Shown here piece after piece: positions 9,115 to 19,723 of a DNA stretch of 58,187 nt. This stretch comes from Candidatus Woesearchaeota archaeon (lineage in GTDB: Archaea > Nanobdellota > Nanobdellia > SCGC-AAA011-G17 > JACPNG01): contig CAYUGZ010000003.1 in NCBI GenBank assembly GCA_964444465.1, positions 1-58,187 of the forward strand, read 5' to 3'. The notes under the pieces are model-generated. The model worked only from the letters and a program-made list of their open reading frames with translations, was not told where the DNA came from and did not search any database. A program made the position numbers and the translations under genes. The stretch's first letter is position 1, and each line of letters opens with the position of its first letter.

Positions 9115-9474
9115 TCATAATCCAAGATTTTCTAAAGAGCTACCTTTGTAAACTGGTTGCTCTAAATCTTTTCTAGCACTTATAAGAAGTTGGATACCCA
9201 ACTTTATACCCAACTTTTTATATATTCCTTCAGAAAGATGACCCTCTTCTTCAGGAACATAATCATCTTTCGCACCATCTTCCCATTGACCTTCACTCAA
9301 CATTAAAAAATCTCCAGAATCAGCTCCAGGAGTTTTTCTATAACACCTAATTTCTAAGCCACTATCCTTCTCTTTATTAGACACTCTAATTACAACTTGC
9401 TCTATTTGGTGCGATCCATCAGAATGTTTAGTAATGAACAAATCTCCAGGTTTAACATCTTGATATTCTGCCAT
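9115..9474 (-). CDS. hypothetical acidic protein (TGA stop followed by 27 more open, coding-like codons)
   Basis: 119-codon ORF behind leader cassette copy A; GGAG Shine-Dalgarno. Confidence 0.5.
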   Translation of the reverse strand: MAEYQDVKPGDLFITKHSDGSHQIEQVVIRVSNKEKDSGLEIRCYRKTPGADSGDFLMLSEGQWEDGAKDDYVPEEEGHLSEGIYKKLGIKLGIQLLISARKDLEQPVYKGSSLENLGL

Positions 9475-9549
9475 TTTATTTCTCCATTATCAACCCTTTT
9501 TAGAACTCTTTTTATTATAAATATTTACAATTTTTATTTATAAAACTTT
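9475..9549 (-). promoter_or_regulatory. shared promoter + 5' leader cassette, copy A
   Basis: TTTATAAA TATA box then TAATAAAAAGAGTTCTAAAAAGGGTTGAT...GGAGAAATAAAATG; near-identical copies at 38025-38100, 52127-52203 and 55779-55852. Confidence 0.55.
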
Positions 9550-9632
9550 CGCCGGGACTGGGATTCGAACCCAGACGCCCCGAAGGGCCAGGAGTTCCAG
9601 TCCTGTGCAATACCAGATTATGCGATCCCGGC
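9550..9632 (-). tRNA. tRNA-Ser (anticodon GGA)
   Basis: Cloverleaf read by hand: acceptor GCCGGGA/TCCCGGC, anticodon stem CAGGA/TCCTG with loop CTGGAAC, long variable arm GCCC-TTCG-GGGC, T arm CTGGG-TTCGAAT-CCCAG, discriminator G; no encoded CCA. Confidence 0.9.
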
Positions 9633-9676
9633 TTAAGAATAAATTCTTAATTTTACTTATAAAAGTTTTTATAGAA

Positions 9677-9985
9677 TTAATCTAGCATATTAATGCTTAT
9701 CTCAACATCTTCTGGAATTGGAACCCTCATAACTAATCTTAGAGCTCTTTCATCAACATCTAAATCTATTAATCTTTTGTGAATTCTCATCTCAAAATTA
9801 TCAAAACTAGCTTTTCCATCACCACAAGGACTTTTTCTTGTAGTTATCTTTAATTTTTTAGTTGGAAATGGGATTGGACCTCTCATTTTAACTTTAGTTT
9901 TTTGAGTTATATCTGTTATAGATTCACAGATTTCATTTAACTTACTTGTATTTGTACTTGATAATGATATTCTTGCTTTTGGCAT
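9677..9985 (-). CDS. rps10: 30S ribosomal protein S10 (uS10)
   Basis: MRGPIPFPTKK...FEMRIHKRLIDL; downstream of the aEF-1alpha gene as in the archaeal str cluster. Confidence 0.9.
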   Translation of the reverse strand: MPKARISLSSTNTSKLNEICESITDITQKTKVKMRGPIPFPTKKLKITTRKSPCGDGKASFDNFEMRIHKRLIDLDVDERALRLVMRVPIPEDVEISINMLD

Positions 9986-10035
9986 TTAATAATTTAGAAA
10001 AAACTATTTATAAAATTAACTATTATTATTTATTT

Positions 10036-10248
10036 ATGAGTTTAAGTGTAAAAGAATTAGAAGAGATTATAGAAGGATTAAATGATTGTTCAGAACTTGA
10101 ATTTAATAACGTTTATTCTAGAGTAGAAGGTAGCATAAAATCTTATCCTTTTAAAAATGAAAGAGAAGAATTATTAGATAAACTTGAAGGAGTTAAAGAT
10201 AAATATTGGAAGGAACGAGAAGTAAAACATACTTTTGGAAGACTTTAA
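10036..10248 (+). CDS. hypothetical small protein
   Basis: ORF track starts at 9946 inside rps10 antisense; ATG 10036 (MSLSVKELEE) is the plausible start. Confidence 0.35.
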   Translation: MSLSVKELEEIIEGLNDCSELEFNNVYSRVEGSIKSYPFKNEREELLDKLEGVKDKYWKEREVKHTFGRL

Positions 10249-10253
10249 TAATT

Positions 10254-10475
10254 CTATAATAAAACTTCTACACTACCTTGAACAAAATAAAATGATCTTT
10301 TTCCTTCTTTAGCTGGAACAATTGAAATATCTTCTCCTAAACTAGGAAGTCCAGTTTGATCTTCAGTATATAAAGTTCCTAAAAGAAATGGATTAAAATT
10401 CCCTTCAGCAATAACATAATGTGTTATATCATCCCCATAATGATCTAATCCACCATACACTATTTTAGTTTTCAT
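10254..10475 (-). CDS. hypothetical small protein
   Basis: 73-codon ORF with GGTGAT Shine-Dalgarno, between the aEF-1alpha gene and rps10. Confidence 0.35.
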   Translation of the reverse strand: MKTKIVYGGLDHYGDDITHYVIAEGNFNPFLLGTLYTEDQTGLPSLGEDISIVPAKEGKRSFYFVQGSVEVLL

Positions 10476-10518
10476 TTTATTATATTATCACCAAATTTTA
10501 AAAGAAAAAATAAAAAAA

Positions 10519-11799
10519 TTATTTTTTAACTAAATCAATACACATTCCAGCCGCAACAGTAGTTCCTGCATCCCTTATAGCAAATCTTGCCATTTGTGGA
10601 ATATCACTTTGCTTTTCTAAAACTAAAGGTTTCATAGGCTTTAATTTTACAATAGCTGCATCTCCTGTTTTAATAAAATCAGGATTTTCTTCTTTAACAG
10701 CTCCAGAAGCTGGATCTATTTTCTTTTGTATTTCCATAAATTGACAAGCTACTTGTGCTGTATGTATGTGAAATACTGGAGTGTAACCAACAGTTAATAC
10801 AGTAGGATGGTTCAATACAACTATTTGTGCTGTAAATTCTTTTACTATAGTAGGAATGTTATCTGGATGTCCTAAAACATCTCCTCTTGCTATATCTTTT
10901 TTTCCTATTCCTCTAACATTAAACCCAATATTATCTCCAGGTTCAGCTTGCTGTATTTGTTCGTGGTGCATCTCTATAGTTTTACATTCTCCTTCTACAC
11001 CTGTTCCTTCTCTAGCAGGAACTACAATAACTTTATCCCCAATTTTCATTGTTCCAGTTTCTACTCTTCCAACTGGGACAACCCCAATTCCTGTTACATT
11101 ATAAACATCTTGAATTGGTAATCTTAATGGAAGTTCAGTAGGTTTTTCGGGTTCTTTGAAAACATCTAATTGCTCCTTTAATGTTGGTCCTTTATACCAA
11201 GATAATTTATCAGATTTCTTTACAACATTATCTCCTTGTAACGCACTTATTGGAATAACTGGGACATCTTCACTTTTATATCCAGCTGTTTTTAATAAAG
11301 CTAGTACTTCATCTTTAACTTTATTGAATTTAGACTCGTCATAATCAATAGTGTCCATCTTATTTACAATAACACCTAATTGCTTTACACCAAAAGTTGT
11401 ACATAACCAAGCATGTTCTTTAGATTGAGCCATTACTCCTTCACCTGCTGCAATTACTAAAAAACCAACATCAGCTTGAGAAGCACCTGTAATCATATTT
11501 TTAACAAAGTCTTTGTGACCTGGAGCATCTATAATTGTATATTCATATTTATCTGTGTTAAATTTTTTATGAGATAAATCTATTGTAACCCCTCTTTCTC
11601 TTTCTTCTTTTAAATTATCCATAACAAAAGCAAATTCAAATCCTGCTTTACCAACTTTTTGAGCTTCATCTTTCAATTTTCTTAGATCTTGTTCACCAAT
11701 AACTCCTCCATCAAACATAAGTCTACCTACAGTAGTTGATTTTCCATGGTCAACATGACCTACAAATATTAAATTAATATGTGGTTTTTCTTTAGCCAT
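10519..11799 (-). CDS. tuf: translation elongation factor 1-alpha (aEF-1A)
   Basis: [19 protein letters not shown]-domain motifs; full-length EF-1alpha-like sequence. Confidence 0.95.
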   Translation of the reverse strand: MAKEKPHINLIFVGHVDHGKSTTVGRLMFDGGVIGEQDLRKLKDEAQKVGKAGFEFAFVMDNLKEERERGVTIDLSHKKFNTDKYEYTIIDAPGHKDFVKNMITGASQADVGFLVIAAGEGVMAQSKEHAWLCTTFGVKQLGVIVNKMDTIDYDESKFNKVKDEVLALLKTAGYKSEDVPVIPISALQGDNVVKKSDKLSWYKGPTLKEQLDVFKEPEKPTELPLRLPIQDVYNVTGIGVVPVGRVETGTMKIGDKVIVVPAREGTGVEGECKTIEMHHEQIQQAEPGDNIGFNVRGIGKKDIARGDVLGHPDNIPTIVKEFTAQIVVLNHPTVLTVGYTPVFHIHTAQVACQFMEIQKKIDPASGAVKEENPDFIKTGDAAIVKLKPMKPLVLEKQSDIPQMARFAIRDAGTTVAAGMCIDLVKK

Positions 11800-11923
11800 T
11801 TTTTATTTAATCTTCCTCCAATAATATGTTTTTAAAAAACTTAATCATTAGCTTTAAACTATTTATAAAAGTTTTGTTTTTATCACTATGTTCTTAATCT
11901 CTATAAAAAATTAAGAAATATAT

Positions 11924-12283
11924 CTATAATCGTTCAAAATCAGGTTGTTCAAAATCATCTTCATTAATGTCGTTTTCCTTAGTAACTTCTCCTTCTAATC
12001 CCTCACCTCTAACTTTAGGTTCTTCCATACTTAATATCTCATTTCTTCTTTCTTCACCCATAGCATTATAAAAACCTGCAGCTATTTCATCATCATCATA
12101 TCCTAATCTCTTAAGTGTCCTCATTGGATCTTGATATTTAGCATCCCCTAATTCTCTTAATTTATAGATTATTTTATATCCTCCAGCTATAGCAACAGAA
12201 GCGATATTTTTCTTTCTATTAAAAACTTTTTTAGTTGCCTCTAAATTTCCATATATTGCTGAATCAATACTTTCGTCTGCCAT
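11924..12283 (-). CDS. hypothetical acidic protein
   Basis: 119-codon ORF inserted between the aEF-2 and aEF-1alpha genes. Confidence 0.45.
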   Translation of the reverse strand: MADESIDSAIYGNLEATKKVFNRKKNIASVAIAGGYKIIYKLRELGDAKYQDPMRTLKRLGYDDDEIAAGFYNAMGEERRNEILSMEEPKVRGEGLEGEVTKENDINEDDFEQPDFERL

Positions 12284-12528
12284 TTTTTATCCTTTTTAAT
12301 GATACTTTTACTATATAGTAAATGATTTTTTAGTATATAAAACTTTCTGTCCATCATTCTCTAGAAAGTAGTGACACTCATTATTCTTAAATTTGGCTTA
12401 ATAAGAGCTATAACTACATTTTAAGGCTAGTAAAATAATTAGAATATCGCAAAAATTAATCTATTTTTGCTAATTTTGAGTATAAAAAATGACCCTAACT
12501 ATTTATAAAACTTCGTATTTTTTATCTA

Positions 12529-14697
12529 TTATTCTGTTTTCAATCCTTTTCTATCTCTAATTTGCTTAATTAACTTGTTTTGGATCATTTCAGGCACTTT
12601 TTCGAATACTTGATCCACTATATAAAAAGTTCCTCTTCCACCTGTTCCAGACCTTAAATCATTGCTTAATCCAAACATTTCAGCTACTGGAAGCTTAGCT
12701 TTAACTGTCATGTGCTCTCCTTCTTGTGTCATATCTAGTAATTGACCCCTTTTATTCTGAATTAATTTAGAAATTTCACCTAAAAATTCAGCAGGAGACT
12801 CAATTTGGAGTATTTGTAAAGGTTCAAACATAGTAGCCTTAGCATCCCCTAAAGCTAGTCTTACAGACTCTCTTACTGCTGGTAAAACTTGAGCTGGACC
12901 CCTATGAATAGCATCCTCATGTAGCTTCATATCCATCAAATAGACCTTCATTTTAACACATGGTTCTTTAGCTAATATTCCACCATCTATAACTTGTTGA
13001 AATCCATCCATAACCATCTCTATAACCTCTCCAATATGGACAATTCCTCTAGAACCATCAATTAAAAAATTTCCTTTGTAGATTTGTTTGACTTTTTGAG
13101 CATCTTTAGCTGCCCATCCTAATTCAGCTAATTTGTTATAAATAGCAGGATCTTTCTTCTTAACCCTTATCTCAGGAAGCTCTCCAGCTTTGATTAATTC
13201 ATAAACTTCATCTTCCATTGGTTCAACATAAAAATAGAATTTATTGTGCTTATTTGGAGATTTACCTTCAAACTCTCCAGATTTATTTTGTATTGTTTCT
13301 CTATAAACAACAATTGGTGGACTAGCAATCACATCTAATCCTTTTTCTCTTTTAATTCTATCTTCTATAATCTCTAAATGTAATTCACCCATCCCACTCA
13401 TTAAATTTTCACCAGTTTCTTCATTTATTTGTATTACAATACTAGGATCTTCTTTACTTACTTGTTTTAGAACCTCAACTAACTTAGGAAGATCAGCTGC
13501 AGATTTAGCATCTATAGATTTAGTTATAACAGGTTCGAATATATTTTTCATAGCTTCAAATGGTTCAACGGGATTAGTAGAAACTGTCTCTCCAGTATAA
13601 ACATTTTTCAATCCAGTTATACCAATAATATTTCCAGCAGGTACATTATCAACTGTTATTCTTTGAGCTCCTTTATAGATAGAAATTTGTTGTAATCTAA
13701 CCCTTCTTTTAGCCAAATTCATATAAATATCCATCCCTTGTTTTAAAGTTCCAGAAAATAATCTTCCTGTAGCAACTTCTCCTGCATGTTTATCAATAAT
13801 AATTTTAGTAACAACAAAAGCTAAAGGTCCATCAGGATCTGATTCAGTTAAAGCTTTTCCTTCTATACTTTCTAGATCACCATGCCATATTTTTGGAATT
13901 CTATATTTTTGTGCATCTACTGGATTTGGCAAATGATTAATAACCATATCTAAAACAACCTTATGTAAAGGAGCTTTTTGTCCTAAATTTTTATATTCTT
14001 CAGAATCAGAATCATAAGCTTGAATAATATCCTTAAAACTAATGTTGTTCTTAGCCATATATGTAAAAGATAAAGCCCAATTATGAAATGCAGAACCAAA
14101 AGCAACAGATCCATCTTGAACATTTACAGACCATTTTCCTTTAATATCTTCAGGAGAAATACTATGTATAAAATTATTAACATTTGTTATAATGTTAATA
14201 AAACGCTCTTGCATTTTTTCAGGTGTTAATTTAACTTCTTTGATTAATCTATCAACTTTATTTATGAATAATGTTGGTTTGACTCTTTCTCTTAATGCTT
14301 GTCTTAAAACAGTTTCAGTTTGAGGCATTATTCCTTCAACAGCATCTATTAATACAATAGCTCCATCTACTGCCCTCATAGCCCTTGTTACATCTCCACC
14401 AAAATCAACATGTCCTGGAGTATCAATTAAATTAATTAAAAATTCACTATCTTCAACTTCATGCACCATAGAAACATTTGCTGCATCTATTGTTATACCT
14501 CTTTCTTGTTCATCCTCTTTAAAATCTAATGCTAATTGTTTTCCAGCTAAATCTTCTGAGATCATTCCAGCTCCAGCCAATAAATTATCAGAAAATGTAG
14601 TTTTTCCATGATCAATATGGGCACAAATAGCGATATTTCTTATTCTATCTGGTGCCTTCATTATTCTCATGACTTTTTCAGTCATTGATTCTGCCAT
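12529..14697 (-). CDS. fusA: translation elongation factor 2 (aEF-2)
   Basis: AHIDHGKTT, DTPGH, NKVD; diphthamide-site context HEDAIHRGPAQ. Confidence 0.95.
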   Translation of the reverse strand: MAESMTEKVMRIMKAPDRIRNIAICAHIDHGKTTFSDNLLAGAGMISEDLAGKQLALDFKEDEQERGITIDAANVSMVHEVEDSEFLINLIDTPGHVDFGGDVTRAMRAVDGAIVLIDAVEGIMPQTETVLRQALRERVKPTLFINKVDRLIKEVKLTPEKMQERFINIITNVNNFIHSISPEDIKGKWSVNVQDGSVAFGSAFHNWALSFTYMAKNNISFKDIIQAYDSDSEEYKNLGQKAPLHKVVLDMVINHLPNPVDAQKYRIPKIWHGDLESIEGKALTESDPDGPLAFVVTKIIIDKHAGEVATGRLFSGTLKQGMDIYMNLAKRRVRLQQISIYKGAQRITVDNVPAGNIIGITGLKNVYTGETVSTNPVEPFEAMKNIFEPVITKSIDAKSAADLPKLVEVLKQVSKEDPSIVIQINEETGENLMSGMGELHLEIIEDRIKREKGLDVIASPPIVVYRETIQNKSGEFEGKSPNKHNKFYFYVEPMEDEVYELIKAGELPEIRVKKKDPAIYNKLAELGWAAKDAQKVKQIYKGNFLIDGSRGIVHIGEVIEMVMDGFQQVIDGGILAKEPCVKMKVYLMDMKLHEDAIHRGPAQVLPAVRESVRLALGDAKATMFEPLQILQIESPAEFLGEISKLIQNKRGQLLDMTQEGEHMTVKAKLPVAEMFGLSNDLRSGTGGRGTFYIVDQVFEKVPEMIQNKLIKQIRDRKGLKTE

Positions 14698-14936
14698 TAT
14701 AAAAGAAGAAGTTTGAAAAAGGTTTTATAAAGATTTTGTTAATCACATAGAATAGGCTTCTCTCTAGTGAACATCTAGATTCATCTTAAGATTATATTTT
14801 AATAAACACTAAACTTTATAAATAATGAAATAATTTTATATATCTGTTCAAGATTATAGATTTGTTACTACTCTTCAATGTTATCATTGGAAAGGTTTAT
14901 ATATTATTAAATTATTAATTAGATTGGGGGTCAAAT

Positions 14937-15080
14937 ATGACAGACGTAATTTGTAAGAAGTGTGGAACAATATATGAAGGGAATGAAATTCCAGAAGCAA
15001 TACAATGTATTTGTGAAAGCACTGAATTTGAGACAAGAGAAATAGGAATAACGGATACTAAAGCAGAAGCTGAAGTATAA
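14937..15080 (+). CDS. 47-aa zinc-ribbon-like protein
   Basis: MTDVICKKCGTIYEGNEIPEAIQCICESTEF...; CxxC plus CxC; GGGGGT Shine-Dalgarno-like; not in the ORF track (below length cut-off). Confidence 0.35.
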   Translation: MTDVICKKCGTIYEGNEIPEAIQCICESTEFETREIGITDTKAEAEV

Positions 15081-15837
15081 AGTATCCTATAAAGCAGCCT
15101 AAAGTAATAATTGGCATAGCTGGATAAAATTTTTTCTTTTTAGAATAGAATAATAAGAAAGATAGTGATATAGTAACTGATATTGTAATGATTAAGCTAT
15201 ACAACCCAAAATCTTTCATTACAACAGATGTAAATAACAAAGGAAATCCTACATCTCCACCCCCTAAAACAGCTACTTCTTTTTTATAAGGAATAAAGAA
15301 TCCAGCAAACACATTAGCTTTAGATTGTGATTTAGCTAGAGTGATCATATGTTTTGTTTTATACACTGCAATATAATCATATATTGAAATTAAAATTAAT
15401 AATATTGAAATAGAGACTATATCAAAAAACTTAAAGAATATTGCTGCTAATGCTCCATATATAAACAACTCAGTAAAGTTATGGACATAAACATTTGGTT
15501 TAAATACTTTAATTATTGCTAACACTAAAGCTAAGATAAATGCAATAGTTTCTGGAATAAATGAACTAAAAGAAAGTGATAAAGCAAATATTACAGCTAT
15601 AAAAAACCAAATTTTCCATAAAACATATAATTTAAATTTTAATAAGATATAAATAAAAAATGTCATTATTAATATTGCAATAAAAGTTGGTAGAAATGCT
15701 GTTCTTTGTTCTATTTCTGGTCTTTCTATACCATAAGGTAATTTTTCAGATGTTTTATCTACAACTAACAATCCTATAATTTGGGCTATAAAGAACAAAG
15801 CTATTAATAATAAAGTTACTTTTAATTTATGTTTCAT
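15058..15837 (-). CDS. presenilin/signal-peptide-peptidase-like intramembrane aspartyl protease
   Basis: Polytopic membrane protein with YD (SIYDYIAVY), GxGD (LGGGDVGFP) and a PAL-like (YPAMPI) motif in the canonical order. Confidence 0.6.
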   Translation of the reverse strand: MKHKLKVTLLLIALFFIAQIIGLLVVDKTSEKLPYGIERPEIEQRTAFLPTFIAILIMTFFIYILLKFKLYVLWKIWFFIAVIFALSLSFSSFIPETIAFILALVLAIIKVFKPNVYVHNFTELFIYGALAAIFFKFFDIVSISILLILISIYDYIAVYKTKHMITLAKSQSKANVFAGFFIPYKKEVAVLGGGDVGFPLLFTSVVMKDFGLYSLIITISVTISLSFLLFYSKKKKFYPAMPIITLGCFIGYFILQLLL

Positions 15838-15870
15838 CTATACTAAATGTTAATTTTATTTTTTATATAT

Positions 15871-16056
15871 TTATTTACTTTTAAGAACTTCAACATAATG
15901 GCATGTGCCACAATATAATCTTTCTTTATTTTCTGCTAGAAATGTTCCAGGACCACATTTAGGACAAGTTTTAGATCTAGTTAATTTATCTCCTTCAACT
16001 TTGTATTTAGTCCATACTTTACTTGGAACTTTATTCTTTCTTTTCTTCTTTGGCAT
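15871..16056 (-). CDS. rps27ae: 30S ribosomal protein S27ae
   Basis: Zinc ribbon CPKCG...CGTCHY with basic N-terminus; follows rps24e. Confidence 0.85.
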   Translation of the reverse strand: MPKKKRKNKVPSKVWTKYKVEGDKLTRSKTCPKCGPGTFLAENKERLYCGTCHYVEVLKSK

Positions 16057-16480
16057 CTTTCTTTACTTCTTCCTTTTTCTCTTCTTTCACTTCTTTTGAT
16101 TTTTCTTTATGTTGTTCTTTAGGAGCCTCTTTCTTTTCTTCTTTTGGTGATTCTTTAACCTCTTGTTTAGGTTGTTGTTGAGGGGTTGCTTGTTCTCCTT
16201 CTTTTTTATCCCCTTTTTTCTTTTTCTTTTTAAATTCTTCAATATTCTTTAAATTTTCTAAAGAATCATATAAATGAATAATAACTTTAGCTTTTGATTC
16301 GCCATATTTTGTGTAGATATGTCTTACAGAAATCAATTCTTGTTTTGCTTTCAAAACTGAAGCAACATTTTCAACAATATCTTTCTCAGAAGGAGTTGGT
16401 CCTTCAAAAAATAAATCGAAATTAACTCTTTTTCTTGATAATAAAGGCATTTCAGTTTGCTTAAGTAATTTTAATTCCAT
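16031..16480 (-). CDS. rps24e: 30S ribosomal protein S24e with Lys/Glu-rich C-terminal extension
   Basis: S24e core (NPLLSRKRV-like, VRHIYTKYG) plus a ~55-aa K/E/P-rich tail that overlaps rps27ae by 26 nt. Confidence 0.85.
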   Translation of the reverse strand: MELKLLKQTEMPLLSRKRVNFDLFFEGPTPSEKDIVENVASVLKAKQELISVRHIYTKYGESKAKVIIHLYDSLENLKNIEEFKKKKKKGDKKEGEQATPQQQPKQEVKESPKEEKKEAPKEQHKEKSKEVKEEKKEEVKKDAKEEKKE

Positions 16481-16481
16481 T

Positions 16482-16685
16482 TTAGTTTACTTTAATAGCA
16501 TATTCTCCTTTAACTTTAGCCTCTATTTTTTTAGCTATTTCTGATTTATTAGCATCTAAAATATTAATCCTACCTTGCCAACTAGTTGCATATTGACTTT
16601 GTTTTACAGAAGGACATTCTGAATCATTAACAGGACAAACCTTCCCTTCAACAAACATTCTACATTTTTTACATACCCTTTTCAT
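16482..16685 (-). CDS. spt4: transcription elongation factor Spt4 (RpoE'')
   Basis: 4-Cys zinc ribbon (CKKC...C...C) then SWQGRINILD; conserved position after rpo7. Confidence 0.75.
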   Translation of the reverse strand: MKRVCKKCRMFVEGKVCPVNDSECPSVKQSQYATSWQGRINILDANKSEIAKKIEAKVKGEYAIKVN

Positions 16686-17245
16686 TTTTTCTTTGATTCT
16701 TTCCCTTGTTTTTTTAGCTCTTCATCTATCCATTTTAAATTTCCAAGCATATGTTGTCTCATTGTCAATCCAATTTTTGGGTTTGCTGGATCTTTATATG
16801 ATAAAGCAATAACTCTTGCTCTACATTTATCTCCAACTTTTAATGATTTTTTAGTTTCTCTCCCAGTTAAAACATTTGATTTTGAAAATGTAACATAATC
16901 ATCCATTGCTTGACTTACATGAACCATTCCATCGACAGCTCCAATATTAATAAAAGCTCCAAAATCTGTTATCTCTAAAACTCTTCCTAAAACAACTTCT
17001 TGTAATTCTGGTTTGTAGGTAAATAATTTAAATGAAGTTTCATAATATGCAGCTCCATCTCCAGGAATAATAATTCCATCTCCAACATTAACTACAGAAG
17101 AAACAGCTACAACAAAACCAAAATCTTTTGAAATAAATCCTTCAAATTGTTTATTTAATTGTTGAATAATTGCTTCATCAGTATCAGAATTGAATAACTC
17201 TGGTGATACTCTAATGTGACTTTTGACTTCTACTTCATAAAACAT
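16682..17245 (-). CDS. rpo7: DNA-directed RNA polymerase subunit E' (Rpo7)
   Basis: N-terminal Rpo7 fold plus S1 domain (GRVLEITDFGAFINIG...GDKCRARV). Confidence 0.85.
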   Translation of the reverse strand: MFYEVEVKSHIRVSPELFNSDTDEAIIQQLNKQFEGFISKDFGFVVAVSSVVNVGDGIIIPGDGAAYYETSFKLFTYKPELQEVVLGRVLEITDFGAFINIGAVDGMVHVSQAMDDYVTFSKSNVLTGRETKKSLKVGDKCRARVIALSYKDPANPKIGLTMRQHMLGNLKWIDEELKKQGKESKKK

Positions 17246-17250
17246 TTTAT

Positions 17251-17604
17251 TTATTTATCTATAATCAAATATTTTTTTTGTCTTATTGTGATAATTGGAA
17301 TTTTTTCCCTTTTTAACTTTTTCTTAAGCTCCTTATCTTGTGTAGCTACTATAATGTTGTCATCTTTAAGCTCTAAGATAAGATCATCAACAATTTTATC
17401 TTTTTTTGTTTCAATAATATTAAATCTTTTTATTAATTCTAAAGCTAATTTCTCTAATTTTTTATTTTTTAGTTCATCTAAAGTTTTATCTATAACAAAA
17501 ATTTTATAATTAAAGTCTGAGATCCTTTCAATTTCTGAGATTAAATCAACTTTAAACTTCAATGAAGTTAATAAAAAATCTGTATCTAAGATTATTTTAT
17601 ACAT
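17251..17604 (-). CDS. PIN-domain protein (Fcf1/Utp24-like)
   Basis: ILDTDFLL and VATQDKELKKKL motifs; conserved archaeal position upstream of rpo7. Confidence 0.65.
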   Translation of the reverse strand: MYKIILDTDFLLTSLKFKVDLISEIERISDFNYKIFVIDKTLDELKNKKLEKLALELIKRFNIIETKKDKIVDDLILELKDDNIIVATQDKELKKKLKREKIPIITIRQKKYLIIDK

Positions 17605-17832
17605 CTATTTTAGATTTCAATTTTCAATTTATAAAGCTTACTATTTTTTTAATAAGATTTTTAGTATATTAAATTTTCTTTATAAACGTATGTTTTTATC
17701 AAATTTAATTTAAGGATAGAAGCCCTAATTCCTTAATATTTTGGGGTTTTAGCCATAGAAAAGCTTTTAAATCAAACATGATTTTTATTAATGTTCTTAG
17801 CAAAAATTAACTAAGAAAACAAACTAATTTAG

Positions 17833-19722
<1,890 letters not shown>

Positions 19723-19723
19723 G

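Noticed and set aside
9489-9517. Cassette core AAGAGTTCTAAAAAGGG as a preQ1-I-like riboswitch (superficial resemblance to AGAGGUUCUAG...AAAAAACUAA)
   Set aside because: There is no 3' strand to close a P1 helix, no conserved C-containing loop context, and the downstream genes are unrelated to queuosine metabolism.
5300-9549. Genomic island integrated at the 3' end of tRNA-Ser, carrying the RSH pair
   Set aside because: I could find no second copy of the tRNA-Ser 3' segment and no integrase. The only hints are a slightly higher G+C by eye and the tRNA adjacency, so it is mentioned only as context.
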